Source of the DNA: Phoronis australis
Taxonomy: Eukaryota; Animalia; Phoronida
Assembly (NCBI GenBank): GCA_002633005.1
Contig: NMRA01000487.1
Location: forward strand, 241,010 to 305,009
Direction: 5' to 3'
DNA length: 64,000 bases
Positions 1 through 11,748 of this stretch are shown here, piece after piece. Both the position numbers and the translations under genes were made by a program. The notes beneath the pieces were generated by a model. It worked only from the letters and a program-made list of their open reading frames with translations. It was not told the DNA's origin and made no database searches. How positions within the stretch are numbered: position 1 is the stretch's first letter; every line of letters starts with the position of its first letter.

Positions 1-461
1 ACCACTTATATATACATTGTAATGTCGTACAGGAAATGACGAACATTGTATCGAATGAGCATGATCAACAGGATGTATAGTTGACAAACAATTGGGCTTT
101 GCATTTTGGGTAAAACTGGTGGCATATTTGACTTTACTGAAAAGTTGCTTGTAAACAAACCAGGCAACACCTTTTCAAAAAGGGGAGTTTTGCAGAAAAC
201 AGATAACTGTATGAAATTGAATTCATTTGAAATTGCGTTTGTTTTTAAATGTAATTTGTGAAATTGGATTGCACATAACGTCAACTAGTTCTTCCATTGA
301 CTGCTTAAATTTGAAATCTAGAAATGTGCTTTCAAATGGGTCTTAAAATTTTTCTTAAAATTTTTCTTGTGGCTATGCCAATGGTTTAAACTTGCAATTG
401 CAGTAACCTGCGACTTAGGAATTGTTGGCTATTGTTTTTAGGAATGATTGTTATCTTGCAG

Positions 462-529
462 ACATAAACAGTGTTGATCCTAGCGAAGATGCGCACTACG
501 CCGATGTGACAAAGCTTAAACGAATACAG
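462..529 (+). CDS. NOP53: NOP53 exon ([22 protein letters not shown])
   Basis: ttgcag acceptor and cag|gtaggt donor; joins the next exon in frame. Confidence 0.75.
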
Positions 530-3500
530 GTAGGTAGGACCTCTCACCTGGATAACAAAACTGGGTTAGAACTGGAGTCCTGGAGGTCCCTGTTGCTCGT
601 TATTCTTGTGCCTGTGCTCGATTTGAAGCAGTCTGAAACACGGATTATGGAAAATAAGCCATTCGGGATAAAATTAAATTCAAAATAAGTGAAAATAGTT
701 TTCCCTGGTGTCGGCGATTGGAAGCTTTGTTTTGCGAGCTGATGTGAACTTTTGTAGCACATTTGCAGTGCTCACTTTAACTTCCTGTTTTGAATGGAGG
801 AGTGAGCGCTTGCTGGTAGCCATTGTTTTTTCAACAGTCAAAGCTGAAGTACAATTCTAACAAATATACTTGGGTGATCCCCGATGATTACCTTTTTCTC
901 ACACTTAAAGCAATTCTATTAGCTATCAAAATTTCATTTTCGCTTCAATTTCCTCTTATTTCCAGTTTGCTTTTTTGGTCTCTTTTTAGCATTATTTTGA
1001 CTTTATTCATGCAAAAACGTTTATTTGATTTGAATTTTACAATCCGAAAAATATGTTTACCACACAAGCCTACTTATTTGCGGATTGATACATCCCGTAG
1101 AAAATTTTCCTATGTTTTTGTCATTGGTCATTCCAAGCACTGGATAATAACAAAATGTCAGTTACTCTCAAACCCAGAAATCATTTCTTATCTGAGTAAT
1201 GAACAATATGATAGTACCAGTTTTATAATTGTAAGTAGCCTGAATCATAATCATGAAACGTTTAAGCTTTATGTAGATTTTCAATTAATTCTGATCATCG
1301 TTAATGCAGAGGAAGGCTCGGTTACTGGAGAAGCCTTCTGCTGTTCCTGCAGTCGAGATTGTTCGGCCCGGAGCCTCGTATAATCCTGCCTATGATGACC
1401 ATCAAGAGTTAATGAATGACGCTCTTCAAGTAGAAGCAAAAAAACTAAAGGCAGAGAAAAAGCTGGATAATCAGTTCAAGCACTTCCCCACAGCCGCCGA
1501 AGCTCCCACTGAAGTAAGGGTTCACAAATTTAGTGAAAAAATGATAAAGGATGACACAGTTGTCTTTAAATAGAACATTAAAAGTAAATGAGATTAAGGA
1601 GATTATTACATTGTATGTTCAATTTATACGATGAACCGTATGTACAAATTTAAGCCCATGCACCTGAAGGTGAAATCAAATGCATTTGCATGTATGTGAA
1701 GTACTGGGGTGTACATTTCTGAAATTCTGTGCGAGTGAAATCTGACTTCTCCATTACGCAGTGGTAGGTGATGTTGTGTATTATAAAATGAAAAGTTAAC
1801 TATGTTTAAAAAGTGCCTGAAGAACAAGACCTAGTTTAAGACTTGCTCATAGGCATGAGATAGCCGTCTGCACCTATAAGTGGGGCACATAACCCCTTAT
1901 GCAAATGCTTGACTATAAAATTTTCTTTGTAGAATGTATTATTTCAGATGCAGTTACATGAGCCTGAATACACCCTCATACTATTGGGTGTGGTGTGTAT
2001 ACGTGTATGCTTAATGTGTACGTTAATGTTTAGAAAGAAATTAATTAATCCGATCACTAATTATGTTTTTATTCCTAAATAGGATATTTGGTTATAAAGA
2101 AATGTAAATTAATGATTACTTTTGGTATCAAAAGTTGTGAATCTTACTGATTTTCAGAAACCTTTTGGTGTTCAAAATTGGAGGAATCGTTTTTGTTCTC
2201 TAGGCAACATGGCTACAGGAGATGTCAGCAGGTTTATTTGACGAAGAGGTTGAAGGTTATGACCCGTCAATACCTTTGTCTGTCAATCCACCTGTGCGGC
2301 GAGAGGATAAAAAGACTGTTCAGCAAAGGCGGAAAGACAAAGACCGCAAATTAGAAGTACGATTGGGGTTTCCATTATTTCTGTTGCAGTGTATTTCTGC
2401 TACTTGTTGGTTATTTTCGTGGTTGCATTAGGTGTAGTAATTGTTTTATCTTCTTCTCGTTCGAGTGTTACAGATCTATCTTTGTCTTTTGGTTGTCTCG
2501 TTGATCGATACTAAGGTTTCTTTGAAGAATACGTGTAGATTTTTTGTGAACAATTCCTTCCCATTACTACCTTAAAATCTCGCTAATTTTGGACAAGAAT
2601 AATAATTGTCAAAATTGCACTTTTTTCATTTTTCAAGGGATTCTGTAGTTGTTGTGAACGTCCATGTAACTTTTCAAAGTATTGTCTGTTGTTAGCTGCA
2701 GTGTAGGGGCTCGTTCTAAGAAACTGACTTAAGTTCATTTTTGACTTGTTTCAGCGTCCAAAGTTTGAAATTTCCATGTCCAGGAAGTTAGTCAAATTTA
2801 AGACAAAACTTAAGTCAAAACCCAAATCAAATTTAAGGCCACTTTCTTGGAATGGACTTAAGACACACATTGAAGTTTTATCTTAAAATTGGCTTAAATT
2901 TAAGTTTTGTCTTAGCTAAGTTAGTTTTCTTGGAATGGACCTTAGAGCTCGAATGGGGCTAAGTATTATTTTGTTGATATTTGTCAAAGTGAAATTCATC
3001 GTCAAGGTAGGTGGCCATGAATGATAACAAATTAATTGGAATGTCGGCATAGTGGAAGTGCTGTTTCTATGAAAAGGATTTTGCCGCAGTGTGTTTGCTG
3101 TTGGGGAAATTATACATCATTACAGGGAAATGGTATGATGTGGTGTTGATTCTGACATTCGTTGTAAGGTAATTTGAAATCTGGTTTTTGCAGGAAAGAA
3201 GGAAAATTCAGGAAAAGGAAAAGAAATTAAAAGATAATGAATTCTTTAGGTATGTCTACAATATAGAGCATAGTTTATTGTCACTGAAATGTCCTACTGA
3301 CCAGGCTCAAAAGACTTATCACTGTAATATCATTCATCTCTGGGCTCTTTCAAGAGGATTAATTTTTCTCTATTTTTTTGGTTTTGGTTTCTATTGTCCT
3401 CTTTTTTGTCTCTTTTTTATCATTATGTTGACTTAATCGGTGCAAAAGCGTTTCTTGCAGTTAAATTTTTCAATACAAAAAAAAAATTTCTATCATGTAA

Positions 3501-6500
3501 GCCTATTTGTTGAACGATACATCACCTGAAATTTTCTCTTTTTTGTCATGGGTCATTCCAAGCCCTGTCTTCAATATTCTGAAGTTTAGGACACCAAGAA
3601 ATTCTTGAATTGAAATATTAACATAAAAGCTGCCATTATAGTAAACTTCTGCAGTTGTTTTGAAACTGTAATTTATGAGCAATAACACGAGAAACGCAGT
3701 CAAATATAGTCATTGTAATTTACAATATGTTCAGTTATGTAATTGTAAGTAATGAAAGTTTGACACTGTCTGGAGCTAGACATATCGGGAGCATGCTGAT
3801 GTATGTGCTAATATATGTGACTGTAAAACTGACGTCAAAGGTATTCAAACTGAGGAATTAGTTTTTCATGTTTTGCTGTTCAAACTTCCGGACTTTGCTA
3901 GAAAAATGTTGTCTGTTGGTGTTTGGTACTTTATAGCTCTGACTAAAACTGCTTCAGACAAATGTGTACAGTTCTTGGAAATATATTCATCAGGCTAAAA
4001 TCGATGAAAAAAGAAATTGCGGAACAGGAAAAGAAGTTCGAGAAGAGAGCCCTGAGGAAAAGGAAACTTAAGGAACAAGAGCCATTCAGAACCAAAAAGT
4101 TGGGTGCCCTCAAGTATCCTTTGTGTGTGTGTGTGTGTGCGTGTTTGCGTGTGGGTGCCTGTGGTTGTGTTGTAAACATTGGGAATAACACTAGTGCTCT
4201 TGTGAGTGCGCATCCCCAACATTTAACAAAAATCCGTTGGAGTTGCTTTTGCTTGGCGAAGCACTCCCCCCAACTTAGCAAGAATTGCTTGAAGCACCTG
4301 CTGTTCAAGCTGCTGCCCACCCCTTTTTGTCTTCTCAGAAATGGTATTGGCATGCTTTCAAAGGCAGAATTGATTTCGTGTCACATTTGCTTTTGCATTC
4401 GAACTGGGGACATCGCACCATGTAAGTGGCTTCTGCAATACATCAGAAATGCCGTATTCGCCCAGGGTTTCAAGGGGGCAGTTGAAACCCGGTTTCCAAA
4501 ACGGGTGAAATCGGAAGCTAAGAGTCATCATATCATATTTATGCTCTGTGACATATCTGAAACCTATGACAGACTTTCTACAAAATTGTGGTGCATTGCT
4601 GTCAAACTTTGCTGTTAAATTACAATCATTTTACAGAAAATTTTGCATACGTAAATCCCAGGGCATAATCTTGCCGATTGACTGCCTCGCAATCGTCGGT
4701 ATGGCAACGTGAATGCTTGAATAAAAATACTGTTTCAACAAGCAAATTGCTGATAGCATCCATAAGATTTTTAAGTTCCCGTAGAGTCGGGATTAACGGC
4801 AGGTTAAGTCCAAATCTGTGCTAGATCGTGCCGTCCATGATCATATGCCTACCCTGTAACACGAGAAAAAACTCTGGACATGTTGTTGTCACGTGACGTT
4901 TGTTTTGAAGTTTGTGTGCGTGTATGGTTAAGCGAGAGCGTACGTATCACCAGAGTTCATTTGCCACAGTAAACGCAATCTAACGAGACACATGTGCGTT
5001 GTACACAATCAGAAAGCAGAACGTGTTTCATTCAGCACTTGCCGGTCTCATCTGCAAAAAAACGTTCGACAATTGTCTCGGTAAGGCCCATGTTAGTTGC
5101 CGTGTGGCTGATGAGTAGGTGACTATCTGACAGTCATTTTTCAGTGTAAGGGTGTGTAAGCATTCACTGTCAGTAGTCATTTTATCGGATATTTGGCTTT
5201 AAAAACACCAATTATGATTTATCAAACAATCCCTCTTAAATATAAGGCAAAATTTTTTATGGTATTAGGAACTGTCGCAAATTAGTGCCAATATTCATTT
5301 CTTGCCGATGCTATGCTACCCGTTTCATGAATGGATAGTTCCCAACTAATGTCTTTGATTACAGGTTCATGTGTGTAGCGCGCGCTTCCTGGCCATGTGC
5401 TTTTAACACTGGTTGAGTTTTTTTATTAGTCTTTGATTCACAATTTTCACTTGTACGAAGAAATTTGGATTCCTGTTGAGGGCGGGAAATATCTACAAAG
5501 CAATCCTGTAGACAAGTATGCTGCGTCTGTTCTTAAAGGCCAGACCATAGTACGACACATTCCTGGCAAGATCATCAAAACTTGCGTTCTTCTTGAGGCA
5601 CGACCGAAGTTTGATGTGTATAGTCACGGCTTAATACCAACGTGGCAGCGAGCTCGTGGTCTACAAATTCCGCACACAATGATTTTTTTTCAGGTCTCGG
5701 ATATTATTGATAAATGGAATGTAGAATTTTAGGACTGTAGGTAAGGCATTTTTCGCACGTACACGTTCATGGACTGGGCGCTTATTTTAGCAAAGTCTTA
5801 AAACGCGTGGGGGGTGCTTATAGGGGCATGGGCAGTTATTAGGGTGAATACGGTAGTTTGTTTTTGTTTTGGAAGTATGTTTGGCTTTTTAGGCTGGTTT
5901 AGATGCATATTTTGCACCTTAACTGCATTGTTCAGATTCGAAGATATTGACATGCCTGTCAAGTTAAGTGAAGAGCTCCAGGGTTCTCTTCGGCTTTTGA
6001 AGGTAGGAATGTGCTGTACAGTAATATGACACGCGCAGCGCCAAGCTCATCAAGTTGAAATCAAATCTTCAAACTGGAAGTTAGCAGTAGCATGTCTTCT
6101 CTTTTAATCAATCAAAGAACTCCATTCGGTTCGTTTTTTATCCTCTACAACTGAGAATGTTAACTCGTCCAAAACGGTTCCACTGCAACACATGGTCCAA
6201 AACATTGGTTTTCAAAACTGATTATGCTGGTGGTTTTAAAGGCCGCTTGCAGCATCATCTGAAAACTCTAGAACTCTGTACATGACTGTGGAGATGTTCA
6301 GTAAGGTGAATTAATGTTGCTACAATGACATGATTACAGTGTGAACATATGGGTATTTTTTGTTGTATTTGTGGCTAGTGTTTTCCCCAGGAAGTACATT
6401 TATTCCATTTTGAAGTTAGGCATAGTTTGACTTTGACCTGAATGGGTTTAGTTAATTTGCTTGCTTGTTTTCAGTTCTACAGTTGTTACGTCTGATCCAG

Positions 6501-8273
6501 TTGAAGTCTGGGATTATGAATGTCAATATTATAATCATAGTAATAAAAATGTATCGGGCACTTCCAATAAAGCACCCTGGGAACATTTTGTTTGCCCAAT
6601 TATGTATATAGTTATGTGGTCGAATATTGTCATCATCCTTTCCGGTTGTCGGATCGATATCTAAAAGCCCGTGGTCAAATCTTAATGAAACTTGGCACGA
6701 GGATTTAGGGACGTCACTAGGATGGTCCATGCCTCTAGTTCAACTGCCAACCCCCATGAGTGTTTTATGTTTTTCAATTAAGTAATTATATTTCTTACTG
6801 AGCACTGTCCAATCATTGACTAGTATGAAAATTTTTAAAAAACAACCTGGTGTAAATTGCCTTAACAATTAAATTATTGTTCATCGTTTGCTGAACACAG
6901 TCCACTCGTCGACTATAAAAATCTATCTGACTCCCATCCCTAATAATAAGTCTTTCTCCATTTTATTGTCAGCCTGAAGGTAACCTTGTGGAAGACAGAT
7001 TTAAGAGCCTCCAGAAGAGAAATATTATTGAGCCTCGGATGCGAGCTAAGTAAGTGAATATATTGCAACTTAAAAAAAATTATTTTATTCGCAGATTAGA
7101 CATATGTAGTACACTTGGGTCACTTGAATCGAAAGCATCATTTAAAAAAACAAACTTAGTGTGTCTTGCCTTCATTTTGTAAATGTGTACAAATACTGCT
7201 CGTAAAATTTTGGCTTCATTGTGGCTATTTGGGCTGTGTTTGTATTAGCAGGGATGTTTGTAAGGCTGTTGTTACTATTGGAGATGTCATTTGTTGCACA
7301 TCATTACAGAATTTGTTAATTTCTTGTGTTAAGCCTCCACCTTAAGCTATGTTTTCATTGCATTGAAAGTAAGATGAATGGCTGTTATTTTTGCAGAGTT
7401 GTAAGGAAATATAAACCGAAGACATTTGAGAAAAAAACTCACAGAGAAGTCACGTAAGTCAATATGCTATGGTTCAGCAATGGTGAGAAGATGATTTTTT
7501 AAGTGTGAAAATTGTGTGTTAGTTTACCCATTGTACAGCAAAATAAGACCATTTTATCAAGTACAGTCTTTCATGTGTAAGCATTTTTATTGGCAATTGA
7601 TAAAATGCAGAGTTCAATCCCATTCAACGATGGCAGCCATTTTGTTGGTTCATCACCAGAAAGTCAAAAATTATTTTGAATATTCCATATTTAATGCTGG
7701 TTATTTTGAAAACATTTAATTTTGGGTTAAAAGGGTTTCATAGATTGCTTTGTAGTTAAATTCCTATTATGAAGCTTATCTTTAAATGCTTTAAGTTGTT
7801 TGTGTAATTATTTTGGTGTGGTGTGGTGTAATCAAATGTGATAAAACACCCCATGACATTTAACAATAACTGTTTCTAATGTTCAAGCCGATAACCAGCT
7901 TTCAGCCATATTGCATGTGGTACATTAATGTGGTTACCCGAGCTGGACAACCTTTTGAGTTCAGTCCTTTGTAATGGTGAAGTCCACACCTCCTTTCAAT
8001 CTTGGTTAGGAACAGGTTGAACCCAATTATAATTGAGTATTCCCGAACTTTAAAACTATCGCGTAAGTAAACAAGACATATTGATCTGACGTTTCGGTTT
8101 ATTCACTGTAAACCATTCTCAAGGCAAAAGTTCACATTATTCCATCAGGTGACACAGGTGGAGAACAGACTGTACAGGTGCACTTCAAAATGCTCGAATT
8201 GTTTTGATTACTGGTGTCTCCCCTCACAATGCATTTTGACTTAACTTGGTATGTTTTTATTTTTAGATTGTAA
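462..8273 (+). CDS. NOP53: Ribosome biogenesis protein NOP53 (GLTSCR2/PICT1), 5'-partial; join(462..529,1310..1513,2204..2356,3194..3249,3994..4113,5936..6002,6973..7049,7397..7453,8267..8273)
   Basis: The spliced translation has the NOP53 motifs [80 protein letters not shown] and the C-terminus [17 protein letters not shown]. All introns are GT-AG with consistent phases. Confidence 0.95.
1310..1513 (+). CDS. NOP53: NOP53 exon ([26 protein letters not shown]...APTE)
   Basis: Conserved GASYNP motif; atgcag acceptor and gtaagg donor; 204 nt, phase 0-0. Confidence 0.93.
2204..2356 (+). CDS. NOP53: NOP53 exon ([15 protein letters not shown]...[16 protein letters not shown])
   Basis: ctctag acceptor and gtacga donor; KKT.QQRR motif. 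Confidence 0.9.
2706..2942. mobile_element. Degenerate MITE (PIF/Harbinger-like)
   Basis: Imperfect terminal inverted repeats ggggctcgttctaagaaactgac / gttagttttcttggaatggacc around CTTAAG-rich internal palindromes. Confidence 0.45.
3194..3249 (+). CDS. NOP53: NOP53 exon ([19 protein letters not shown])
   Basis: ttgcag acceptor and gtatgt donor; phase 0-2. Confidence 0.9.
3994..4113 (+). CDS. NOP53: NOP53 exon ([11 protein letters not shown]...TKKLGALK)
   Basis: catcag acceptor; followed by the U12-type donor GTATCCTTT. Confidence 0.9.
4114..5935 (+). other. U12-type (minor spliceosome) GT-AG intron of NOP53
   Basis: 5' site GTATCCTTT at 4114; branch point CCTTAAC at 5917-5923, about 13 nt before the AG; weak pyrimidine tract. 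Confidence 0.88.
4452..5853 (+). mobile_element. Non-autonomous Tc1/mariner(pogo)-like DNA transposon, copy 1, with a HIRAN-like ORF relic (5433-5732)
   Basis: CCGTATTC...GAATACGG termini followed by TA; colinear with 42843-44366 over its whole length. Confidence 0.8.
5936..6002 (+). CDS. NOP53: NOP53 exon ([22 protein letters not shown])
   Basis: Conserved L.EEL.GSLR.LK motif; ttcag acceptor and gtagga donor. Confidence 0.93.
6973..7049 (+). CDS. NOP53: NOP53 exon ([26 protein letters not shown])
   Basis: Highly conserved PEGN...DRFKS.Q.RN.IEPR; gtcag acceptor and gtaagt donor. Confidence 0.95.
7397..7453 (+). CDS. NOP53: NOP53 exon ([19 protein letters not shown])
   Basis: ttgcag acceptor and gtaagt donor; RKYK.K..EK motif. 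Confidence 0.9.
7925..8200 (-). mobile_element. Penelope-like retroelement terminal relic with a degenerate minimal hammerhead (8086-8125)
   Basis: Minus strand gcc-TTGAGAA-t-GGTTTA-cagtgaa-TAAACC-GAAAC-GTC, the PLE-type minimal hammerhead layout. Boundaries approximate. Confidence 0.5.
8267..8273 (+). CDS. NOP53: NOP53 last coding exon (T-L-stop), followed by 3'UTR
   Basis: Strong tttttattttttag acceptor; completes REVTL*, matching the family ending (human REIQL*). Confidence 0.75.
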
Positions 8274-8936
8274 AGTTCTCTTGCTGTGGGGAAACAACTG
8301 TTGTGGAATGGCTAGGTTATACCAGTGACTTTGAGTGTTTTAGCAAAACAGACTGTAGTCTTTGGATAACAAAATGGCTGGAAGTTGAGGAGTTCAAGTG
8401 AACTTCATGTTAAGTGTCACACTGGAGTTTTCTGCAGACAAGCCTTGGGCATATATTCGGAATATATCAGTTTAAAGGTGAAAAGTTAAATCCAAATATA
8501 GGCCCTGGCGGAGGAGACTACCCTACGTAATTCTGTAGCTGGCAAGCAAATTGAAACCAAGATGGTAAATACACAGGCAGTGTCCCTATAAGATTGTTCC
8601 AACAAGGAGGAGTTAACTGCTGAAATTTTCATTGGTTCTGGTTTTGGTGTCTATTACCTGTGAAATTGGAAGAATGTTTTAGGATTCATGCAGTATTATT
8701 TTCCCCAAAAAACTTTGTTATGGAAGTCCCCTGGGCCTATCTAAACGTGGGCCAAACTGCAGAAAGCTGTGGAGCTGGGGTTGTTGCAATATGACCTCTA
8801 ATACATTTCCTAAAGCATTTTGTATTTGTTTATCTTGGTGCTAGCAAGCAGATTGGTTCTTTATTGTTTTAAAATATTTCTTACACAGATAAAAGTTGAC
8901 TGGTCAAAAACCTGGACATCAAAGTAATGTAATTAA

Positions 8937-10576
8937 AGGAGAATGCCACCCAAAAAACAACCTATTTTGTATCAATTTAGATCCAGTACTTTCACTCCAT
9001 AACAGCAAGTTCAGTTGTTTTACCTGACGGCAGACTGAGGTAACCGTTTTGAAATTAACCAATGAGGTAATGGGTTCGAACGCAGTCTGTTCGGCGTTCA
9101 CAACACGCTTACTGGTGTCAACTTATCGCTTGAATTCATCGTTTTACACCAGTAAATCATCAAAATTTGATGTAAAACCCTTACAAATACATCGAGTTCT
9201 TGAGCAAACGTGTTATTTTATTTCACTGATTGGGATTTGTAGGTATTTGAACATACCGTAGCCTACAGAGTTCGGTACTAGGCCAAATACCATGGTCGGT
9301 CGCGGGAGTTTGGGTCTGTTTGGTGATAAATTCGAATCGTTCTTCCGTGAAATAGTCAGGAGAAAATAGCTGTGTATTGTAATTTTAGCCTTGCGATTTT
9401 TTTCAGTTCTAAACACGCAAAACCCTTGTTATCCCAGCCAGTGGCTCGGAACCCGAGCAGGCCCGTCGCGGCCTTCCAGCGGCGGGGATTAGACATCACC
9501 GAACATAAACCAGCTTAAGTTGGAAACTAAACCTCTAGTCACGAAAATACCATAATAGTGAACCAGAGAAATAATGTGCACGTAATTATTTCGGTGAATT
9601 AGCCACGAAACTAAAAATCTACATACTTGTCGGGGGGGGGGGCGAAGTCTTAGTCACTGGTCGAGGTAGTCCCCTTCCACAGAACCGTCGGGGCAAAGGT
9701 ACAATGATTTGAATAATGTATATGTATATCTAAATAATGATTTCCAAAACATGTGACAATATAAGATCGAGTTATTGTTTCACAACAGTTTTCTGTCAGC
9801 AAACATGCGCTCCCACGGCCTCGGTGCCCGGTCAATTATCTTTATTGCATCTAAAGCCGGTAACGCGATGGTTTATTGCTGGCTTCTCACAGCATTTGCG
9901 CTCACGAATGCTCCAAAGGCATTACAAATTGTATCTAAATAGACAGACTTTGTTTCAGTTTTATATAAGCATTGGTTAGGTTGAGAATAATTCATTTCAA
10001 CGCAGAATAATAAACTTCAACATGGCAACTCGCAATCCGGACTTAGGCGAGAGCTCATCCGACGAAGACTTTACAGATGGATTATTAGGTTTCACAGGCT
10101 ATCAGTTCGAACGGGAATACACTGATAAAGAAATACTAGAGAGGCGCCATGAACAGGCAACGGAACGTAGGGATAGTTCTTTGGTATGAAGCCGGCATTC
10201 GTCAGAGAAATCGCCTGTCGACGAAATGTCGGCCACAAACACGGAAATGTTTCACGGTCTCATACTTGCTATAAACAGCGTACTTTTTATTCTTCAATAT
10301 CGCAAGCCACTTCCTAAGCAGTTTGGGTTCTCGAGGAAGTCGAAAATACGATATACCCGCTTACCTCGCAGCTCCATAGTTCGGGCAAGCGGGAACGATG
10401 CACCGCAACATAGCGGCATTCTCTGAACCACTGACGTCGCTGCGTCGTTTTCTCACCTTCCTTACAGGTTAACGCGACACCTCTTCGCAAGGTAAAGTCG
10501 ACCGTGTGCAAGGCGATGTGGATATAGACCGATTAAGACGGTAAAAAAGACTAATTAAATCTGTTGGCATTCTCCT
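8937..10576. mobile_element. Non-autonomous Kolobok-like DNA transposon
   Basis: Perfect 12-bp TIR AGGAGAATGCCA...TGGCATTCTCCT flanked by TTAA (8933-8936, 10577-10580). RR...YY termini with a TTAA TSD are Kolobok hallmarks. Confidence 0.8.
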
Positions 10577-10869
10577 TTAAAGTATTATCTAAAATGATGT
10601 GTTTTTAAGCCAAGTATAACACTTATAATGATCTCCATTCAGACTACAGTCTTATGTAACAAATAGCATACTTATTTTGTCTTATTTCACCACAGGGTTT
10701 TTGTGAGAATGGCAAAATTAGCTTTATAGCCCTATTAGTAAACAACACTCAACACAATTAATCAAGATCTCTAGTGGGCCGATAGCCTAATAGTGTCTAA
10801 GAAAAATTTGTCACAAACATTAGTATTAGTCTTTATTCGTTGTCTGTGAATGAGAGTACACATGATTTT

Positions 10870-11748
10870 TCAAAGACAGTATATTCCCACGGTTTCAAAA
10901 GCAGCAGAAACATCAGCTACTGTATAATGTCTGTCTGCCGCAGCATTTTCTACACCGCAAGCCCCTTGGTTAAAGTCGGTTGTTGGCGTCCAGTAGTTAC
11001 GGTTGGCATCGGCAAATACCATGAACGCTGTCTGCGTCGTCCATCCTTCGGTTTTGGCGAGATTACAAAATGCTTTGTTGTATACACCGCTGCTGTGGTG
11101 AACATTCAATGAAGGTACGTATTCGTCTGCGTGGTCGATCGATTTACCGTCTTCTGGGGGGTTGCACATGTACCGTAGCGCGCCTTGGGGATCTTTCATG
11201 ATGTCAAACCCGACTAGAAAGTCGTTGCTTCCTCGAGAGAAGAATTCCACCGTTTCGCCGGCCATATCGGAGAAAGCTTCGTTAATTCCGCCCGACTGAA
11301 GCTGGTATTCAAGATTCGAGTTCTTCTCCGTGAACCCATGTGATACTTCGTGCGCCACCACGTCGAGACTAACAAGAGGGTAGAATCTTGACTGTCCGTC
11401 ACCGAACGTCATTGTTTCTCCGTCCCAGAATGCATTCTCGTATCCTTGTCCGTAGTGAACGCGAAAAAGGAGAGGCGGTTGTAAAGGCGCTGTTCCCAGT
11501 ATCTTCTGGTAGGCGGCGAAGACGACACTTCCAAAATGGTGGGCATCGTTGGCTGATGAGTAACCACCGTTAATTCGGTCCTTGGCGCCCTTCGTGCAGT
11601 CGACGACGAATACTTCTCCGCCAGACATCTGCTGTTTCAGATCAGAAGTTACCACAAGGTCGTTCTCGTATCTGCACTGCGTTTCTGATGAATCTGTTTT
11701 TACATCTAATTTGGGCATCTCTGTCCCGTCGTAGAAATATTCACCAAT
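10870..11748 (-). CDS. M4 protease last exon: catalytic Peptidase_M4 + M4_C domains
   Basis: ttttcag acceptor; HExxH and NEAFSD zinc ligands; ends VGIYCL*, like elastase VGVTCP. Confidence 0.95.
   Translation of the reverse strand: MGEYFYDGTEMPKLDVKTDSSETQCRYENDLVVTSDLKQQMSGGEVFVVDCTKGAKDRINGGYSSANDAHHFGSVVFAAYQKILGTAPLQPPLLFRVHYGQGYENAFWDGETMTFGDGQSRFYPLVSLDVVAHEVSHGFTEKNSNLEYQLQSGGINEAFSDMAGETVEFFSRGSNDFLVGFDIMKDPQGALRYMCNPPEDGKSIDHADEYVPSLNVHHSSGVYNKAFCNLAKTEGWTTQTAFMVFADANRNYWTPTTDFNQGACGVENAAADRHYTVADVSAAFETVGIYCL

Noticed and set aside
823-1383. 186-aa hydrophobic ORF
   Set aside because: AT-rich intronic sequence with no motif, overlapping a NOP53 exon in another frame.
3962-4618. 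218-aa ORF as a standalone gene
   Set aside because: Only 3994-4113 is a NOP53 exon; the rest is read-through into the intron, (TG)n and transposon.
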